A stretch of DNA of 64,000 bases. It comes from Thermoproteota archaeon (lineage in GTDB: Archaea; Thermoproteota; Thermoprotei; Thermofilales; B9-G17). Where the stretch lies: positions 12,056 through 76,055 of the forward strand of contig JAPDJW010000019.1 of the NCBI GenBank assembly GCA_029258885.1, in the 5' to 3' direction. The translations under genes and the position numbers were made by a program. The notes under the pieces were generated by a model, which saw only the letters and a program-made list of their open reading frames with translations, was not told where the DNA came from and ran no database searches. Below, piece by piece: positions 1 to 9,065 of the stretch; position 1 is the first letter of the stretch, and every line of letters starts with the position of its first letter.

Positions 1-1512
1 GGTTTAGAAACAATAGCACAAACCGTAATGCTATGTAACCTTTTCTGGTCTAAAACGTTTAATCAGAAATTTCTTTTCTTTGTAAATAATAAAGAGGCAA
101 TAGAGCGTCTATATCATTTCATCCGTGATATAATAATAAGAGAACGTGGAGAAATCTATGATCACGTTTTTCTCTCTGATAGAAATCCCGGAACAAATAG
201 AAGCAACTACATATATAAATCATGGAAAAGTCATGAAAATGTGTTATTAAGCAATAATTATATCTTAATCAAGGCTTTAGAAGATCCACTTTACTGGCTC
301 TCGTTTACTTACATTTCATACTTAAGTAGTTTAATATCACAAAATAGGAATTTAGATAAAATATTAATATCTCTGAACTCTAATCAGAATATCCACTTTA
401 ACAATCTATTAAATCTTGCAGAGGCTACGTGTAACGGTATATTTAGAAGGAATACCTCATACTTAGAGATTCATCATGCGGATCTGAATAAAGCACGACG
501 TCAGAAAATAGAGGAAGAGCTTAAAAAGGGTAACTTGCTAGGAGTTCTTTGTACATCAACACTAGAGTTGGGAATAGATATCGACAATGTATCAACAATA
601 ATTCAGTATAAACCGCCGACAGCTGAGAGCTTTGTTCAAAGGCTTGGAAGGGCTGGTCGGAGACGAGAAACAATGTATATAGCAATAGGTTTCTTGCTTA
701 TAAGTAACTTTGATATATTATATCTCAACGAGGAATATTCGTCAAGAGAGCTATTTAACATTAGGCCAGCGTTGTTGCCTCACGATAATCATCGTATACG
801 CGCAAATGCTATTTACTATGCTATGTTTGATCTTTTAGCATACTTTGGTCATAAGCTAAGCTACCGTAGGAGAATTAGAGATGCTGACAATATAAAAAAT
901 GAAATTCAAAGTATTTGTCATACGTTAACCAGGTACGAGAAAACCTTTAAATCAATCATAGCCAGCCTCTATGGTCTTTCGATAGAAGATGTTGAAAAAG
1001 AGTATGAAACATTTAAAAGCTATTTGCAGCTTTTGTATGCTAACATAGAAAATATGAATATGGTACCCACATTTATTAAAAACATCATATATAATCTTTT
1101 GGGAAATATACAGTCTCTGAAGAATATATTGTCAAATATAATTCTTGACCTGCACTCAAGGGGGTTATTTAGTGAATCATCACAAAGGATAGCTCAGTTA
1201 ACAATGAAACTAGATGATTTATGTGAAAAATTGTGTGAAATAGATCTTTATTACGACGCATATCCGGATTATTTATTAAATCGTAAAAATACTACGTCAG
1301 CTAGCATTAAGGAATATAAACATATGCTAGAAGAAACGCTGAATGATCTATTGAGTATAAAAATAGGCAAGTATGGTATTCTAAGTTTGAAAATCGAAAA
1401 GGCGGAGAATAAAATAAGAGAAATTATAGGTGATCTTAAGGCAGTAATTTATTTCTTGGAAACAGGACTTAATTATCTTTTTACGAATAATCTTAGGCGC
1501 ATTTTGAGGTGA
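1..1512 (+). CDS. SF2 DEAD/DEAH helicase, C-terminal part (DpdJ/DrmA-like); 5'-truncated by the window edge
   Basis: Helicase C-terminal motifs: HHADLNKARRQKIEEELKKG, CTSTLELGID (motif V) and SFVQRLGRAGRR (motif VI). The frame is open from base 1 (GLETIAQTVM), so the listed ATG at 28 is internal. Confidence 0.85.
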   Translation, partial: GLETIAQTVMLCNLFWSKTFNQKFLFFVNNKEAIERLYHFIRDIIIRERGEIYDHVFLSDRNPGTNRSNYIYKSWKSHENVLLSNNYILIKALEDPLYWLSFTYISYLSSLISQNRNLDKILISLNSNQNIHFNNLLNLAEATCNGIFRRNTSYLEIHHADLNKARRQKIEEELKKGNLLGVLCTSTLELGIDIDNVSTIIQYKPPTAESFVQRLGRAGRRRETMYIAIGFLLISNFDILYLNEEYSSRELFNIRPALLPHDNHRIRANAIYYAMFDLLAYFGHKLSYRRRIRDADNIKNEIQSICHTLTRYEKTFKSIIASLYGLSIEDVEKEYETFKSYLQLLYANIENMNMVPTFIKNIIYNLLGNIQSLKNILSNIILDLHSRGLFSESSQRIAQLTMKLDDLCEKLCEIDLYYDAYPDYLLNRKNTTSASIKEYKHMLEETLNDLLSIKIGKYGILSLKIEKAENKIREIIGDLKAVIYFLETGLNYLFTNNLRRILR

Positions 1513-1518
1513 ATTGTT

Positions 1519-4011
1519 ATGCAAAAAAGAGTTATTGAGTTATTTAGGTTACTTAAAGAGGGTGTATGCTTTAGGAGGCTTTCGGATCCACTACATATGG
1601 GTAGAAGTACAGTTCAAGAATGTAGACTTATAAAAAAGTACTCTGTGCACCCTGATGGACAGGAAGAAGGACCTAAATGGCCAGTAACAGACGTTTTATA
1701 TACATGGCTTAGACCTTTAAATATCCGCCGACTAGAGATTCAGCAGCAAAGGCAATGGGGTATTCTACTTTCCCCATCTTATAGCCTCTATAGAGTCAGA
1801 AGGTTTGATCATAAAAGAAGGATAGTTGAAATAGAGCGGGTATGGGGATCGCGTATTTACATAGATTCCTTAGATTATCTTCCCTATAGTTGTTATCCCG
1901 ATTCGTCATTTAGCTATGGGGAGAAATCGAATATCCGGCAGGCATGCATCCCCGAATTTGTAACATATATTACTTTTAGTCTGCTTCCTGAAGCCGATAA
2001 ACCTTTGCTATACATATGCGGTAGGAAGCGGGATCATGTACTAGAAGCATTGAATCTCGTATATATCTCAAGACCGATGGAGGAACTTGATAGTATACCA
2101 GTTGTATACTCATATGATTGTAGCTTTGTATGGATAGGCGTCACGTTAGAAGATTTACGTAGAATGGGTTTCAGAATACCTCCAGTAAACTATAAAATAG
2201 AGGAAATTACAAGAAAGGTTTCAAAGACTATAAGTTTTAACAGGAAGTATGCTTACGATGACCTACTAGAGAGCCAGAGTGTAAATAGGGCTATACGTTC
2301 TCATGCCGTAGTTAAAGTATACATTGATGCTCTAGATGTGAAATATTCTTCATGGCGCCCTATATTGGATATTGAGGATCATGGTTTTTATGTTGGAATA
2401 GTGCCTAAAATATGTTTTAAGAAGGTACTTCTCGGATCACGCTTAAGAACAACCACCACAATGGCGTCTTCAACACCCATATATATTAACATGGGCACTT
2501 ATCAGAGAGGACATGGGGGAGGAATAGGCGTTAGGATAGTTAATAGTGAAGGACTGGCTATACTTTTCGAAAAAGATAAATTTAGGAAGCTTATAGAAGG
2601 TATAATTCTTAGTAACATCAAACTATTAAAGACGCTGCTATTAAAATACTTAATCTTAAGACATTGCTATGTAAAATACGTGGATTATTATGATTTTAAT
2701 GCAATAATTGATTTTATTCTAGCCTTAATATTTAATGAAGATGTTGAACTTATCAAAAAATACTACGACATATTTCATGCTGGACATACAGATGAAATAA
2801 TTTTTAACTTTAAGAAGATACGCTTAGATTATAATGATTTCATTAAGTATGCTACTAAAGTGGCACTTTATTCCCTAGCACAGGTATTAGCGAAAGTAAT
2901 TATATCGCATGTACTCCATACGAGATTAGATAATTTCACATTATATGTAAGTGAAGAATATAAAGTTAAAAAGGAAAATAGGGAGATTCAATGCAGCACC
3001 ATAATGATCTTGGAAAATTCTCACGAGGGTCTTGGCTTCATAGAACAGCTATATAAAATGGTTCGTACAAGTCCAGAACGGAATTTACTATCCCTTATAA
3101 TAGATCCAGCTCTTCAGATGCTAGTGGATAGCAAGTCAGGAAAAGATCTATGCTTACTATACCATGAGAGTATAAAGCAGAGAGATAGAAATCTAGTAGC
3201 TAGCTTATGTAGGAGCAGTCAAGAGCTAGATCAGATAAGAAGACACCTACAATACTTAGTACATGAATGGAATAAGAACGTAAATACGTATTTTCCATCC
3301 GACTTCATGCGACTCCTATTATATCGCTATTTGGGCAGAGTCGATCAAGACCTACGTCGAAAACTTAACATGGATGCGTTCCTTCGTAGTGCAATACCAC
3401 AGATCTATAACGTTGAGGCACCTTTCTGCTGGGATAGTTGCCAAAGATGTGTAAGGCTAAAGAAAGCATACTTATTATCACCAATAGATCAAATATTTTA
3501 CACTTCGAAGAGTCTGACAATAGGATTACTCAAAGCGTTATCAGATATCCTTAAACCTGGTAAAAATTCATCAATAAGAACAGGCTGTGGACTAGGTCAT
3601 AGTGTCTTAAACTTAATGAAGCATGCAAATAGTGAAATAAGAATAATGAGCCCTTGGATCTCGCCGGACATAGTAAGGCAATTAATAAATTTAGCACTAG
3701 AAAAAGGATTGAAGATAAGGATAATAACACATCCGCCAAAAAGAGGAGAACCAAAACCTCACATACAAGCCATACAAATCCTAAAAAAGGCATCTAAAAG
3801 GTTAGATAAAATTAAGGTAAAATATGATGAGAAAGTACATGCAAAAGTAATAATAATAGATGATAAACTTCTTATAACAGGTTCAATGAACTTAACGAAA
3901 AGAGGAACGGAAATCAATATCGAAAGTATAACTGTATGCAGAAATAAAGCAGAAATATACACTACTATTGCAGATTATGAAAAACTATGGATTAATTCTT
4001 TATCAGAATAA
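1519..4011 (+). CDS. DUF1998 (DrmB/DpdJ C-terminal-like) domain fused to a C-terminal PLD-family nuclease (DrmC/DpdK-like)
   Basis: DUF1998-like LYSLAQVLAKVI ... ILENSHEGLGFIE ... CWDSCQRC. PLD-like IRIMSPWIS ... HAKVIIIDDKLLITGSMNLT (single HKD motif). Starts 6 bp after the helicase stop. Confidence 0.75.
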   Translation: MQKRVIELFRLLKEGVCFRRLSDPLHMGRSTVQECRLIKKYSVHPDGQEEGPKWPVTDVLYTWLRPLNIRRLEIQQQRQWGILLSPSYSLYRVRRFDHKRRIVEIERVWGSRIYIDSLDYLPYSCYPDSSFSYGEKSNIRQACIPEFVTYITFSLLPEADKPLLYICGRKRDHVLEALNLVYISRPMEELDSIPVVYSYDCSFVWIGVTLEDLRRMGFRIPPVNYKIEEITRKVSKTISFNRKYAYDDLLESQSVNRAIRSHAVVKVYIDALDVKYSSWRPILDIEDHGFYVGIVPKICFKKVLLGSRLRTTTTMASSTPIYINMGTYQRGHGGGIGVRIVNSEGLAILFEKDKFRKLIEGIILSNIKLLKTLLLKYLILRHCYVKYVDYYDFNAIIDFILALIFNEDVELIKKYYDIFHAGHTDEIIFNFKKIRLDYNDFIKYATKVALYSLAQVLAKVIISHVLHTRLDNFTLYVSEEYKVKKENREIQCSTIMILENSHEGLGFIEQLYKMVRTSPERNLLSLIIDPALQMLVDSKSGKDLCLLYHESIKQRDRNLVASLCRSSQELDQIRRHLQYLVHEWNKNVNTYFPSDFMRLLLYRYLGRVDQDLRRKLNMDAFLRSAIPQIYNVEAPFCWDSCQRCVRLKKAYLLSPIDQIFYTSKSLTIGLLKALSDILKPGKNSSIRTGCGLGHSVLNLMKHANSEIRIMSPWISPDIVRQLINLALEKGLKIRIITHPPKRGEPKPHIQAIQILKKASKRLDKIKVKYDEKVHAKVIIIDDKLLITGSMNLTKRGTEINIESITVCRNKAEIYTTIADYEKLWINSLSE

Positions 4012-4180
4012 TATAAGTAATAATATGTGCTATATGGGTAGGTAATATGCGGGCTTGTTAAATTTCAGGCTATGCTTCATATAGTTCAATGGAATAATTG
4101 ACGTTTTATGTAAGAATAGATATTGGGCGTGTTTGAGCGTTGTTTTTATATATGTTTTTGGTATATTTTAGTGGTGAATT

Positions 4181-5647
4181 ATGGTTTCTGGTTTGTTGAG
4201 GTATGGTTTGAGGTTTAATCCTTTTCCTAGGGGTGAGGCTGAGCAGTATATTGATACTCCTGAGAGGTTGAATATTTTCCTGTTTGATATGGAGAGGAGG
4301 AGGCTTTGTGAATACGCTTCTGAGGTGTCGAATTCAAGTGTGAGTTTTGTAGTTACGGGTGGGTGGGGTACTGGTAAGTCTCTTTTTCTGCTGTATTTCT
4401 ATAGGTTGTTGAGGGAGAAGTTTGGATCTGATAATGTTGTTTTGGTGTATGTTAAGGCTCCTAGTAGCTCGTATGATATTCTTGCTAGGATATATGACTT
4501 CTTTGCTGGGAAGGGTCTTATTAAGAGGTCTAGAAGGGAGATGTCGAGGGATGATCTTCTGGGGGTTATTAGGGATGTTTCCGCTAGGCTTGTTGATGAG
4601 GGTAGAGTTGTCTATATAGCTGTTGATCAGCTTGAGAGTGTACTGGAGTGTCTTTTGTCTTCTTCGGAGAGTGGGGAAGTTGGTAGATTAGCTGAGACTT
4701 TGCGTGGAGGTCTTTCGGCGATGTTGGGTAGAAGATATGCGTTAGGTGTTTCTGCTATTGATGTATATTGGAGGCTTTTCTCTGAAGGTTGGGAGTCCAT
4801 TAGGGGTCTTGATATAATTACTTTGCGTCCTCTCCTTAGGGAGGAGGCGGCTAGGTTTATTGAAAGCTACCTTGATATTGCACGTGATAATGAATATATT
4901 AATGGTGTACCGGAACTTAGGGAGGCTATTAAAAATAATCCTCTTTATCCATTTACAATGGAGGCTGTTAATGAGCTTTGGGCTTATAGTCGTGGTGTTG
5001 AGAGATACTTGTGTAGCTGGGCTAGTAAGGCCTTGGATTTAGTCGTGGAGCAGAATATTCCCGAGATTGGTGTTGATCTCATTAGGATTGCTATTGATCA
5101 GAGATATGAGTTTTACATAACTGCTGGTAACGAGGTCTTTAGGTATCATTATACGCGTGTTGTTCCATTGGTTAGGGAGATTATGGCCTGGTTTTCGGAG
5201 AACGTTCCGAGTGCTAATATCGTGTACTTGGGGCAGGTGGATAATGTACTGCTTATCTCTGTTAAAGATAAGCCTGTGGCTATAATTAACATCTTTGGCT
5301 TCTTTAAATCTGACCATGTGAAGTATATTAAGGAGATTATTGATAACGGTGTAAAGATTGGAAACCGTATATTTAAGCCTGAAAAGGTTCTTATTCTCTT
5401 GTGGGTGTCTAAACGTCTATTGCCTAGTAAGACTATGGATGTGGAGGCTAGAATGTTTTGGTATGAAAATCGAGATAAAGTTTTAATTAAAAGAATTAAT
5501 CGAGACGATGTTTTAGCCTGGGGTCGTCTTGCTGCATACTATGCTATAATAACTGGTTGTCTACCCGATTATTTATCCTCTGATAAGGAGAGAGAGGAGG
5601 AGAAGCGTGAAATCCTTAGGATCTTAGGTATTTCCGATATTATGTAG
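4181..5647 (+). CDS. P-loop AAA+ ATPase with an uncharacterised C-terminal domain
   Basis: N-terminal FNPF, Walker A GGWGTGKS, Walker B YIAVDQLE, and lid-like PLYPFTMEAVNELWAYSRGVER. Confidence 0.8.
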   Translation: MVSGLLRYGLRFNPFPRGEAEQYIDTPERLNIFLFDMERRRLCEYASEVSNSSVSFVVTGGWGTGKSLFLLYFYRLLREKFGSDNVVLVYVKAPSSSYDILARIYDFFAGKGLIKRSRREMSRDDLLGVIRDVSARLVDEGRVVYIAVDQLESVLECLLSSSESGEVGRLAETLRGGLSAMLGRRYALGVSAIDVYWRLFSEGWESIRGLDIITLRPLLREEAARFIESYLDIARDNEYINGVPELREAIKNNPLYPFTMEAVNELWAYSRGVERYLCSWASKALDLVVEQNIPEIGVDLIRIAIDQRYEFYITAGNEVFRYHYTRVVPLVREIMAWFSENVPSANIVYLGQVDNVLLISVKDKPVAIINIFGFFKSDHVKYIKEIIDNGVKIGNRIFKPEKVLILLWVSKRLLPSKTMDVEARMFWYENRDKVLIKRINRDDVLAWGRLAAYYAIITGCLPDYLSSDKEREEEKREILRILGISDIM

Positions 5648-5665
5648 CTAGAGGGTTATATCGTC

Positions 5666-6562
5666 ATGGTTGGAAGGGAGGTGATTGAGTCTATTTACCA
5701 TAGATTCAGGGAGCAAGCAGTTATTTTGGGTTATGAGTCACTGAATTTATCTAGGTTTGGTGGCGAGCCAGACGCTATAGTAATCTCCCGTTATGGGGAT
5801 GGGCTTAAGCTTGATAATTCAAAGTTTGAGTATCGGGCAATAGTTTTCGAGTTTAAAACTTCTGTTAATTACAGGGATTTGGCTCAACTTATTCGCTATA
5901 AGACTGTTTATGGTCCAACTTTTTTAGTTGTTACACGCGAAAACAGTGTTCCATATCTCTTCAGGCAAATATTATCTAGTGAGGGTATAGGTCTGATTTA
6001 TTTCCGTAACGGTCAGCTTGCTTTAGAGCTTGAGGCTTGTAATGATCCCTCTAGGGAGGTAATGCTTGGAGAGATCATGTTCTGGTATGTTGTATCTATG
6101 ATAACTCATCTCATAAACTTATATTCGTCTGATAGGCGGGGATTTACGAGAATATACGATGCTTTGAGACGTAAGATGCTTTCCTCCAGCGAAATAGAGC
6201 TGGTTAAACTATATGGGGAATTGAAAAATATGCTTTGTTGCCTGAAACCTTCCTTAGAGGTGCTGGGTGTCTGCCTTAAGGTAACTGAGGATGTCCTGAA
6301 GATATTTGATCAAGAATGTCTACCTGAAAATTTCATGGAGCTAGTTAGATACATCAATGGTAAGCTAAATATGGTGCATGTTATTAGGGAGTTGAGGGAT
6401 CTTGTTGGTGATCCCGCTAAGCTTTGGGTTAGAGCTTCGAGCGGTCTCAAGTATTATTTAGGCCTTAAGCACCATCCTATAAATGCTAATAGTCTGGCTA
6501 GGTATATTGATAGCATCTATAGGAGGTTATCTATTCTAGATGAATGTGGGCTTGAAAAATGA
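5666..6562 (+). CDS. PD-(D/E)XK restriction-endonuclease-like protein
   Basis: GGEPDAIVI ... IVFEFKT ... LAQLIRY matches PD-(D/E)XK with a QxxxY motif. 18 bp after the ATPase. Confidence 0.65.
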   Translation: MVGREVIESIYHRFREQAVILGYESLNLSRFGGEPDAIVISRYGDGLKLDNSKFEYRAIVFEFKTSVNYRDLAQLIRYKTVYGPTFLVVTRENSVPYLFRQILSSEGIGLIYFRNGQLALELEACNDPSREVMLGEIMFWYVVSMITHLINLYSSDRRGFTRIYDALRRKMLSSSEIELVKLYGELKNMLCCLKPSLEVLGVCLKVTEDVLKIFDQECLPENFMELVRYINGKLNMVHVIRELRDLVGDPAKLWVRASSGLKYYLGLKHHPINANSLARYIDSIYRRLSILDECGLEK

Positions 6563-7441
6563 AATTGTTAATGGCTCGATTTTACCGTTTGGACTAAGCA
6601 ACCAGCTTACTTTTACTTTTCCATAGTATGCTGGCGTATCTAAGCTCCTCAGATATTCCCTAAATTCGTTCCATGTGAGCTTTCTATAGTTGAGTCTTTC
6701 AAGTTTTTTATTGAGAATTTCGAAGAGCCCTTCGGTTCCCCATATTTCCTTATTTCCTACTGCTGCTATATACCCGTATGGTGTGCCCTGCTTTAGGTGC
6801 CATCCTTTGTTTTGGCTTATTTCAATATATGTTTCCTCTAGCAACCTGTAGAGTGTTTTAAGTTCTGGTACTTTTGTGAGCTTCTTGTACAGTTTTTCGT
6901 AGGCGTCGGGTTTTACGTTTTTTACTTTCTGGAGACTCTGCCTGTATCCGATGATTATTCTTCTGACCGTTAGACCTAATATTTCCGCCAGTTCTGCCAG
7001 TTCTATCGGTACTACATTTGGATGTAGAAATAGAAGGTATGGGTATACATTTAATATACCTCTTCCTCTAGATCTCTTATAGGGCTTCCATATAACTCTC
7101 GAGAGTTCTATTGAATGCTTCAGCTCTTGTGGGTTTTCTAGGTTTTCCGGATATTTCCATTTTATTATGCTTAGTATCGCGTATGTTCTATCAGTTTTCC
7201 TTCTAGCGGTATTTAATGTGCTTAATATCACTAGAATATCGTTTTTGGATGCATTCATCCATGCTTTTACTGTCTGAGGAGAGGGAGGAACTCCCCATAG
7301 ATGGATGCATGAATATGAGTCTATCAAATTGTCGGGAACTAGGCCTATTATTTTCTCTATGGTTTCTCTGTCTATTCCCTCAACTATTGATCTATGTACG
7401 TTCTCGAAGCCGCCTCGTGATATATAAATATCTTTCTGCAT
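6536..7441 (-). CDS. EVE/PUA-like domain protein, putative modified-DNA reader
   Basis: LWGVPPSPQTVKAWMNASKNDILVIL resembles the WG...W..(M)..GD.(V)L pattern of EVE-like domains, followed by ELSRVIW ... YPYLLFL. Confidence 0.45.
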   Translation of the reverse strand: MQKDIYISRGGFENVHRSIVEGIDRETIEKIIGLVPDNLIDSYSCIHLWGVPPSPQTVKAWMNASKNDILVILSTLNTARRKTDRTYAILSIIKWKYPENLENPQELKHSIELSRVIWKPYKRSRGRGILNVYPYLLFLHPNVVPIELAELAEILGLTVRRIIIGYRQSLQKVKNVKPDAYEKLYKKLTKVPELKTLYRLLEETYIEISQNKGWHLKQGTPYGYIAAVGNKEIWGTEGLFEILNKKLERLNYRKLTWNEFREYLRSLDTPAYYGKVKVSWLLSPNGKIEPLTISFFKPTFI

Positions 7442-7494
7442 TCTGTTTCATTTGGTATAAAGCTTATTAACATTTAAATTTATATTATTTTACA

Positions 7495-8808
7495 ATGCCA
7501 ACTTTCTCAGATAAATGTTTGGACGTGTTTAAGTTTAAGCTTAGGTATTTTGGTTCTAAGCCTAGGGTATTTGAATATATTTCGAGATATTCGCAGGCTA
7601 ATGATGTTGTTTTTGATCCATTTGCTGGAATGGGAACTATTACTGTTCAGGCCCTTGCGATGGAAAGGAGGGCTATATACAATGATTTGAATCCTGTCGC
7701 ATATTTTGCATTTAAGACTATTGTTGAGGCGTCTTCTAGCGATCTTTGTTTTCGTGATGTTATTAGGGCTATGGGGGATGTTTTACGCTGTTTGGTTGCT
7801 ACTGTCAGGGATCGACGAGAAGGGCTTACTAAGATTAATGTGGAGGATCTTTACTTGGTGAACGATATTCCAGCTAGGTTCTTTGTGTGGAATGGTTCTG
7901 AGATAGAATATGCGGTGCTTGTAGATGGGACTATTGTGAGAAGTTCTATGGGAGATTTTACTTGTAGTTTTGAGCCACTACACTATAGTCTCGCTAAGCT
8001 TTACTATGAATCTGGGGTGCCGTTCTATACTAGGAGATCTGTTGACGATTTAGCTGAATTGTTTAGCAGGAGAAATTTCATAGCTCTAAAGGCTTTATAT
8101 GAAGCTATTGAGAGGAAGAGCGAAGGTTTAGTTAGGGACTTATTGAAAGTTGCCTTTCTCTATTCGCTCTATAAATGTAGTCGTATGCAGCATTTAAGCG
8201 GCGGTAGCTGGCCTGTGCCGAAGTATTGGGTGCCTAGGAGACATATCGAGTATAATCCTCTTATTGCCTTCAGGGAGAGCGTTAAAAGGATATTGAATGT
8301 TGTTAAATCGTTGAGGAGATATTTAGGTAAAGTATCTATAGGTGATCTAACAGCTCTGCTTAGAGGGGAGGCCGACCTAAATATCATCAATCGTGATGCT
8401 AGATATCTCGATTTTCTTCCTGATGCTTCCGTGGATTATATAATTACCGATCCACCCATGGTTGATGAGGTTCAATATCTTGAGTTAAGCTATTTCTATG
8501 CCGTTTGGCTTGGTTTAGATATGCCTTTTTCAAAGGAGTTTATAGTTAATCCTAAGCGTGGGCAGGATTTCGAATACTATATGCGATGTTTTCGATGTTT
8601 TATATCGGATGCGTATAGGGTTTTAAAGGATGACGGATTTTTAACGTTAATAATTCATGATGTTAAAGGATTATACCGTATTATCCTCGATATTGCCCGT
8701 GAACATGGATTTAAACTAGTGGGGATTGATACTAAGGTAAGATTTAGAGGCATGAATGCGAGGCTTAGCATGGATAGAGAGCTTTACATCACCTTCGGTA
8801 AGCATTAG
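7495..8808 (+). CDS. Amino (N6-adenine/N4-cytosine) DNA methyltransferase, DUF1156/DrmMI-like architecture
   Basis: SAM-binding motif I VFDPFAGMGT and NDLNPVAY near the N-terminus. Catalytic motif IV region DYIITDPPMVDEVQYLELS. Also AYRVLKDDGFLTL. Confidence 0.85.
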   Translation: MPTFSDKCLDVFKFKLRYFGSKPRVFEYISRYSQANDVVFDPFAGMGTITVQALAMERRAIYNDLNPVAYFAFKTIVEASSSDLCFRDVIRAMGDVLRCLVATVRDRREGLTKINVEDLYLVNDIPARFFVWNGSEIEYAVLVDGTIVRSSMGDFTCSFEPLHYSLAKLYYESGVPFYTRRSVDDLAELFSRRNFIALKALYEAIERKSEGLVRDLLKVAFLYSLYKCSRMQHLSGGSWPVPKYWVPRRHIEYNPLIAFRESVKRILNVVKSLRRYLGKVSIGDLTALLRGEADLNIINRDARYLDFLPDASVDYIITDPPMVDEVQYLELSYFYAVWLGLDMPFSKEFIVNPKRGQDFEYYMRCFRCFISDAYRVLKDDGFLTLIIHDVKGLYRIILDIAREHGFKLVGIDTKVRFRGMNARLSMDRELYITFGKH

Positions 8809-9065
8809 CTTATGTTAAATAATGTCGCGTTATGGCGTATTTTAATAAATAAGGCTAAAGTTGAAGTGAATGAAACTTGAGGCTTTATTGTGAATGTTAT
8901 GTCTAGTAAATGGAGTATAATTATGAGGTATTGGAGGCTGTCTACGTTTTAGCTTTTAGGATTTCGCCTGTGTTCAAGTATTTTTGTTTAGTTTGCTACT
9001 TTAGTTAGGTTGAATGTTGAGTAATATTTTTATTTGTATGGTTTTATTGGGAAGTTGGTGGTGTT

